Positions 27,770-32,000 of a DNA stretch of 32,000 nucleotides are shown here, piece after piece. A model generated the notes under the pieces. That model had not been told where the DNA came from and ran no database searches. It saw nothing but the letters and a program-made list of their open reading frames with translations. The DNA comes from Candidatus Heimdallarchaeota archaeon B3_Heim (GTDB lineage Archaea; Asgardarchaeota; Heimdallarchaeia; Hodarchaeales; Hodarchaeaceae), in assembly GCA_003144275.1 (NCBI GenBank), contig NJBF01000015.1, positions 30,001-62,000 of the forward strand. The letters are read 5' to 3'. The position numbers and the translations under genes were made by a program. How positions within the stretch are numbered: the first letter of the stretch is position 1; every line of letters begins with the position of its first letter.

Positions 27770-28183
27770 CTATCTCTGTTCTTCATCCATCACTCGTGGA
27801 ATTTCGACTTCTAATTGATCTAATTCCTTTTTGTATCTTCTAGAAAGGGGGCGGATCTCGTTTTTTCGATAACGATAAGTGATATCACCTCTATCACCAG
27901 CCAGATCACTCCATGGTTCAACTAATACGACATCGTTTACCGTAATCCTATATCCTCTTCTGAAACGACCAGGAATTCGTGCAACTCTTTTAACTTTATC
28001 GGCACATAAGACATCCATTCTACGCGCCCCAAGATTCCGAATAACAACTCCGATAACTTCTGCTTCATTAGGATAGCGTGTTCTCCTTGAATAACCCGAA
28101 GCTGGAACAAATCCTCTACCTTTGCCTCTTTTCGGTGGCTTTTTTCTCTTGCCTTGACCAGGACTCAATTCATTTTTCCTCAA
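27770..28183 (-). CDS. eif1A: Translation initiation factor 1A (aIF-1A/eIF1A family)
   Basis: EVIGVVIRNLGARRMDVLCADKVKRVARIPGR...DVVLVEPW...RGDITYRY. TTG start at 28183 or 28168. Confidence 0.9.
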   Translation of the reverse strand: MRKNELSPGQGKRKKPPKRGKGRGFVPASGYSRRTRYPNEAEVIGVVIRNLGARRMDVLCADKVKRVARIPGRFRRGYRITVNDVVLVEPWSDLAGDRGDITYRYRKNEIRPLSRRYKKELDQLEVEIPRVMDEEQR

Positions 28184-28433
28184 TATATATTCTTTGAGAG
28201 TATTTCTGTTATATTGCTCCTAAATGCCAACTTAGTTATCGAAGGGGTAAATATTTATTTTAACAGCCAATTCCTTTTCAATACAATTAATTGGTAAATC
28301 CATCATGATGAAAGACTTGTTAGGTGCCTTAAAGGCTTATCTAGGATTGATCTTCAAATATCTTTTGAAGAAAATAATGGATTATGATTGATTGATATTG
28401 TGATCGTATAGATTGCATTAATGAGGAAAAACA

Positions 28434-29750
28434 ATGTTTCGAAAAAAGGATTATAGCAAACCAACAATTTTTTTCGGTTTATCCTCGTTCCAAATCCTTG
28501 CAATGTTTAGGAGAGGGTTGTTTTATACATATCTTTCAATATATTTACGAGAATTCCTTGGTTTAAGTGTTACCGAGACCACACTCTTTGCATCTTTACC
28601 AATGATTGTCAATTCAGCAAGTCAATTGTTTCTTTGGGGGATAATATCAGACAAGTATCAATTACGAAGAACGTTAGTTGTGATTGGTGAAATTTCAGCT
28701 GGTTTCAGTACTCTGCTTGTGTTCTTTGCTCATCGGATGGTATCAAATCCTCTTCTAGCTGGTTGGATCATCATCCTAGGGTTAAGTGGTGTTGAATTTT
28801 TTTGGAGTATGTCTAATACAGGATGGAGTGCTCTAATCTCAGACTTATACGAATATGAAACAAGGCAAGAAATTCAGGGACAACTATCGAGTGTTGGTGG
28901 AGTCGGTAGGATTATCGGAATTTTAATAGGAGGAGCCCTTTACGATGGTCTGACACAGTTATATCCAGGGTGGGGTTTTTATGAAGGGCCATTATTTTTT
29001 ATTGCTGCTTTAGTAATGTTTATTTCCACGATTCCGATGTTGTTTATTCCAGAGGGTGGAGTAAGCGAAAAAAAACAGAATGAAACTACTGCTTCGTCTT
29101 CAATATCAAAATTTAAGAGAACACCACATAAACAAACGAGAGGAGTTTTCATCATATTTTTAATTGCCATGGTATTTATTAATTTTGGGCGGAACTCATT
29201 AGCAGTAATATTTTCTCCATATATGGTTTTAGACTCTGGTTTCAATTTGGATTATGGAGAATTAAGTATTCTCTTAAATTTCCAATCAGTGGGAATCATA
29301 ATTGTTGGGTTGCTTGTAGGAAAGTTGGGTTCCAAAATTGGTGATGGTCTCTCAACATTAGTAGGTGCAGGAATGGCAATAGCTGCATTGGCACTTATTA
29401 CCTTCGCTACTTTTCTTCCTTTAATTTATGTAGCTAGTGCATTAAGAGGAGTAGGAGATGTAATTGTGACGGCCTCTTCGTACGCTTTTGTTTCCGAATT
29501 GATACCACCTGAACGACGTGCGAAAGGATTTAGTATATTTAATACAACTTTTTTTCTAAGTTGGGGGTTAGCTGGAACATTGTTAACTGGTCCGATTATC
29601 GACACTCAAATTTTATCTGGAGTCCCAGAGGTATTAGCCTATAGATATGCGTTTTTTGCAGCCACAATTATGCTTGTGATTGGGGTGATAATTTTCAGTG
29701 GACTTCTCATGAAAGTCAGAAACAAGAGGAGAAAAAAGGATAATCTGTAA
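28434..29750 (+). CDS. MFS transporter
   Basis: About 12 TM helices, motif A-like WGIISDKYQLRR, its repeat GKLGSKIGD, and SELIPPERRAKGFS. Confidence 0.9.
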   Translation: MFRKKDYSKPTIFFGLSSFQILAMFRRGLFYTYLSIYLREFLGLSVTETTLFASLPMIVNSASQLFLWGIISDKYQLRRTLVVIGEISAGFSTLLVFFAHRMVSNPLLAGWIIILGLSGVEFFWSMSNTGWSALISDLYEYETRQEIQGQLSSVGGVGRIIGILIGGALYDGLTQLYPGWGFYEGPLFFIAALVMFISTIPMLFIPEGGVSEKKQNETTASSSISKFKRTPHKQTRGVFIIFLIAMVFINFGRNSLAVIFSPYMVLDSGFNLDYGELSILLNFQSVGIIIVGLLVGKLGSKIGDGLSTLVGAGMAIAALALITFATFLPLIYVASALRGVGDVIVTASSYAFVSELIPPERRAKGFSIFNTTFFLSWGLAGTLLTGPIIDTQILSGVPEVLAYRYAFFAATIMLVIGVIIFSGLLMKVRNKRRKKDNL

Positions 29751-29804
29751 ATGTTATGTCAATATTGTGATAACTTATCGGAATAGCAATTATTACTATT
29801 TCAA

Positions 29805-30131
29805 ATGAAGGAATTTTCTCTAAAATCAATAACCAATTCAGATCGAACGCCACTTTATACATATTTACCTGGTCAAACGTTTTCATTTGCCGCGAAGTTC
29901 TCACATATACCTGATAAATACCACTTACAAATCCTTGATCGGAAAGAAAATACTAGACTCAACAGATATGGGAAAGGTTCTGACAAAGGTATTGAATTTC
30001 AATGGCCAATTCCTAAATTACTGAGAGATAGGCATTTAGGGTTTTGGCAGATCTATATTGAATCAGACAGTGAAAATTTCCAATTATTCTTCGAAGTAAA
30101 GAATCCTGCGACGTTCTTTTCAGGAGAATAA
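29805..30131 (+). CDS. Small beta-rich (Ig/macroglobulin MG2-like) hypothetical protein, paralogous to the N-terminus of the next gene
   Basis: YTYLPGQTF...YHLQILDRKENTRLNRYG...WPIP...RDRHLGFWQI. Confidence 0.65.
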   Translation: MKEFSLKSITNSDRTPLYTYLPGQTFSFAAKFSHIPDKYHLQILDRKENTRLNRYGKGSDKGIEFQWPIPKLLRDRHLGFWQIYIESDSENFQLFFEVKNPATFFSGE

Positions 30132-30146
30132 TTCGAACTTCTTCCT

Positions 30147-31574
30147 GTGTCTGTCGATATCTTTAAGTGTATAGCACTAAAGATCGTGTATGAAATGCCT
30201 ACAATTTGTATCTGCTTAGCCAATGATCCAATTCTAAGTGTCTTCGCTTTTAAGCCTGGTGAAAAAATTAATATTCACGTTGCGTTTGAAAGTGAGCAGA
30301 TACCAGGACGATATCGTCTACAAATTCTAGATCATAAGAAAAATTCACGTATGAATCGATATGGAATAGGTTTAACTGACATAGTGGTTGACAACTGGCC
30401 AATCCCAGTATCTATACGGGATGATCATCTAGGGATTTGGCAAGTTAAGGTAGACGGTATGAACAGTGTGAAAGAAGTACGATCACTTGGAGAAGAAGGC
30501 CAAAAGGGTATATCTTTTAGCCAAATTTTTTTTGTAGAAAAAACAGAAAGGGTAGAATATCCTTTACTCGGTGGAGATATAATATATCAACTTCCAGAAA
30601 TTCTTCCGATAGTAGAAGAAGAAATTATTGGTATTAGTGATCCCGTTGTTTCTGTTGTCGCATTAAAGGAAGAAAAGGTCGAAATTCCCACACCAACTAG
30701 CGATTTTAAGGCTGAAATTCCTATCACAGAAGTTCGTGGTATTGGAAAGACATATACTGGTCGATTAGCCCAAATAAAAGTTATTACTGTCTCGGATTTA
30801 TGGAATTACAGAGACCGCATCAATTTAGCTGAAATTATGAGAATTAACGATAAGAGACTTGAGAAGATGCTACAGGATGCAGAACTTCTCCTTAGTGAAA
30901 AAGCTGACGAAGTAAGCAGGATTGAGGTAGAGAAAGAGCTGGAATTTGTTCCTGATGATTTAAGAATGGTTAAAGGAATCACTACCTCACATATCAACCA
31001 ACTAAAGCGAATTGGTGTGAAATCAAAGACTAATTTGTTAGATTTCCAGGATATCACACTTCTCAAAGGCACGCTTCGAGTGTCAACAACTGAGCTAAGT
31101 AAAATGTTAGCCTCCATAGGTCGGATAATTGAACCTGAAAGTGTTCGAAAACAAGAACCAGTAAAACCATTGGATCAACCAGTGACTGTGCTCAAAGGGA
31201 TTGGTAAGGTAACTGCAGGAAAGCTGCAATCAGTGGGGATTTTAACCGTACAAGACCTACTTAATTCATCAGTTGAAGATCTTGGTGGGTTTGCAACAAA
31301 GAAAACATATCATAAATGGAAACAAAATGCCTCACACTATGCACAATTCCCATTAACTGATGATTCAGAAGTTGATGATAAAAGTAAAATACCCGACGAA
31401 CTGCTATCACTCCCAGGCATAGGCCCAAAGACTGTAGGAAAATTGCATACACTAAAAATATTTACTTTACTTGATCTTATAGTTTTTGAAGAGTCTGAAC
31501 GTCTAAGGAAAGTTTTAAGGATGTCAGAGTCGCGTTTCACAGCGTTCATGGAAAAATTATCCTCTAATGGTTGA
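30147..31574 (+). CDS. Ig-like N-terminal domain plus four helix-hairpin-helix (RadA N-terminal/DUF4332-like) repeats
   Basis: HhH units EVRGIGKTYTGRL, MVKGITTSHINQL, VLKGIGKVTAGKL and SLPGIGPKTVGKL. The true start may be the ATG at 30195. Confidence 0.75.
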   Translation: MSVDIFKCIALKIVYEMPTICICLANDPILSVFAFKPGEKINIHVAFESEQIPGRYRLQILDHKKNSRMNRYGIGLTDIVVDNWPIPVSIRDDHLGIWQVKVDGMNSVKEVRSLGEEGQKGISFSQIFFVEKTERVEYPLLGGDIIYQLPEILPIVEEEIIGISDPVVSVVALKEEKVEIPTPTSDFKAEIPITEVRGIGKTYTGRLAQIKVITVSDLWNYRDRINLAEIMRINDKRLEKMLQDAELLLSEKADEVSRIEVEKELEFVPDDLRMVKGITTSHINQLKRIGVKSKTNLLDFQDITLLKGTLRVSTTELSKMLASIGRIIEPESVRKQEPVKPLDQPVTVLKGIGKVTAGKLQSVGILTVQDLLNSSVEDLGGFATKKTYHKWKQNASHYAQFPLTDDSEVDDKSKIPDELLSLPGIGPKTVGKLHTLKIFTLLDLIVFEESERLRKVLRMSESRFTAFMEKLSSNG

Positions 31575-31853
31575 TCAAATTTGCCAATAACGATATTCGG
31601 GTGTGTTGTTATTTTTGTCGGTATGAAATTATAAAATAAGACATCTTCCTCAAGTGATTCACCTATACATCATAAGTAATTAATTGCATTAATCGTGCGA
31701 GGGTAAGAATAAACGACAAATTTTTTTACTTATAATTAATTGAAAGAGCGCTTGATTAAAGATTATACAATCATTGTTTGTTCACATCTGGTAAACTGAG
31801 TGGACAATCTGTACGACTTACAATAATAAAAAAATGAAAAGGTGACATCAAAA

Positions 31854-32000
31854 TTGTCATATGACCAATATAGAAATAGTAGCAAAGATGAAAAAATTGG
31901 TGCAATAAAAACTCTTGAAAGACAGCAAAATAAGAGTGCGTTGCACGCATTATTTGAATTTGCTCTGAAAGATCAGGACAAGGATGTACGTAAAGCCGCG
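31854..32000 (+). CDS. HEAT-repeat protein, 5' fragment (runs off window)
   Basis: TTG at 31854 after AGGTGA gives MSYDQYRNSSKDEKIGAIKTLERQQNKSALHALFEFALKDQDKDVRKAA, containing the HEAT-like LxDxDxxVRxAA motif. Not in the ORF track. Confidence 0.7.
   Translation, partial: MSYDQYRNSSKDEKIGAIKTLERQQNKSALHALFEFALKDQDKDVRKAA

Noticed and set aside
2911-31549. Many short ORF-track entries antisense to or out of frame within long genes (e.g. 2911-3213, 3083-3538, 4228-4503, 10893-11210, 11719-12114, 19312-19596, 21135-21464, 24262-24564, 30806-31117)
   Set aside because: They are shadows of well-supported genes with no recognisable motifs.
30720-31560. HhH repeats as the missing C-terminus of the truncated UvrC
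   Set aside because: They are about 13.5 kb away, are of the RadA N-terminal/DUF4332 type rather than the UvrC HhH2, and carry no RNase H-like nuclease.
1-32000. CRISPR arrays, rRNA/tRNA genes, IS elements, Sec/Pyl read-through genes
   Set aside because: I saw no regularly spaced repeats, GC-rich structured islands, transposase motifs or TGA/TAG-interrupted conserved frames by eye. tRNAscan-SE/Infernal would be needed to exclude small RNAs formally.

Overview
An AT-rich, gene-dense archaeal chromosome segment. Archaeal markers (Dph2, aIF-1A, AlaX, XerA, single-domain KaiC-like ATPase, tandem Lrp/AsnC regulator) occur together with eukaryote-like modules (tandem PARP-type zinc fingers, probable longin and C2 domains), which suggests an Asgard archaeon; this taxonomy is inference. 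About 35 CDSs tile the window. I saw no rRNA, tRNA, CRISPR array or convincing mobile element. Most genes are housekeeping or metabolic: saccharopine dehydrogenase, MenA and a second UbiA prenyltransferase, two-subunit hydantoinase/oxoprolinase, glycerate kinase, sirtuin, ABC-2 exporter, Nudix hydrolase, GDPD and MFS. The strongest lead is 6128-6922, a stand-alone protein with two PARP1-like zinc fingers at near-PARP1 spacing, followed by a probable winged helix instead of a catalytic domain. Other leads: a probably inactive lipase-fold plus C2-like protein translationally coupled to a sirtuin; a paralogous Ig-like / Ig-like+4xHhH gene pair; a coiled-coil-wHTH gene directly upstream of xerA; a probable tandem longin protein; a small protein with two internal repeats; and a RimI-like gene whose N-terminus lacks a canonical start. 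All family assignments are by motif recognition only; no searches were run.
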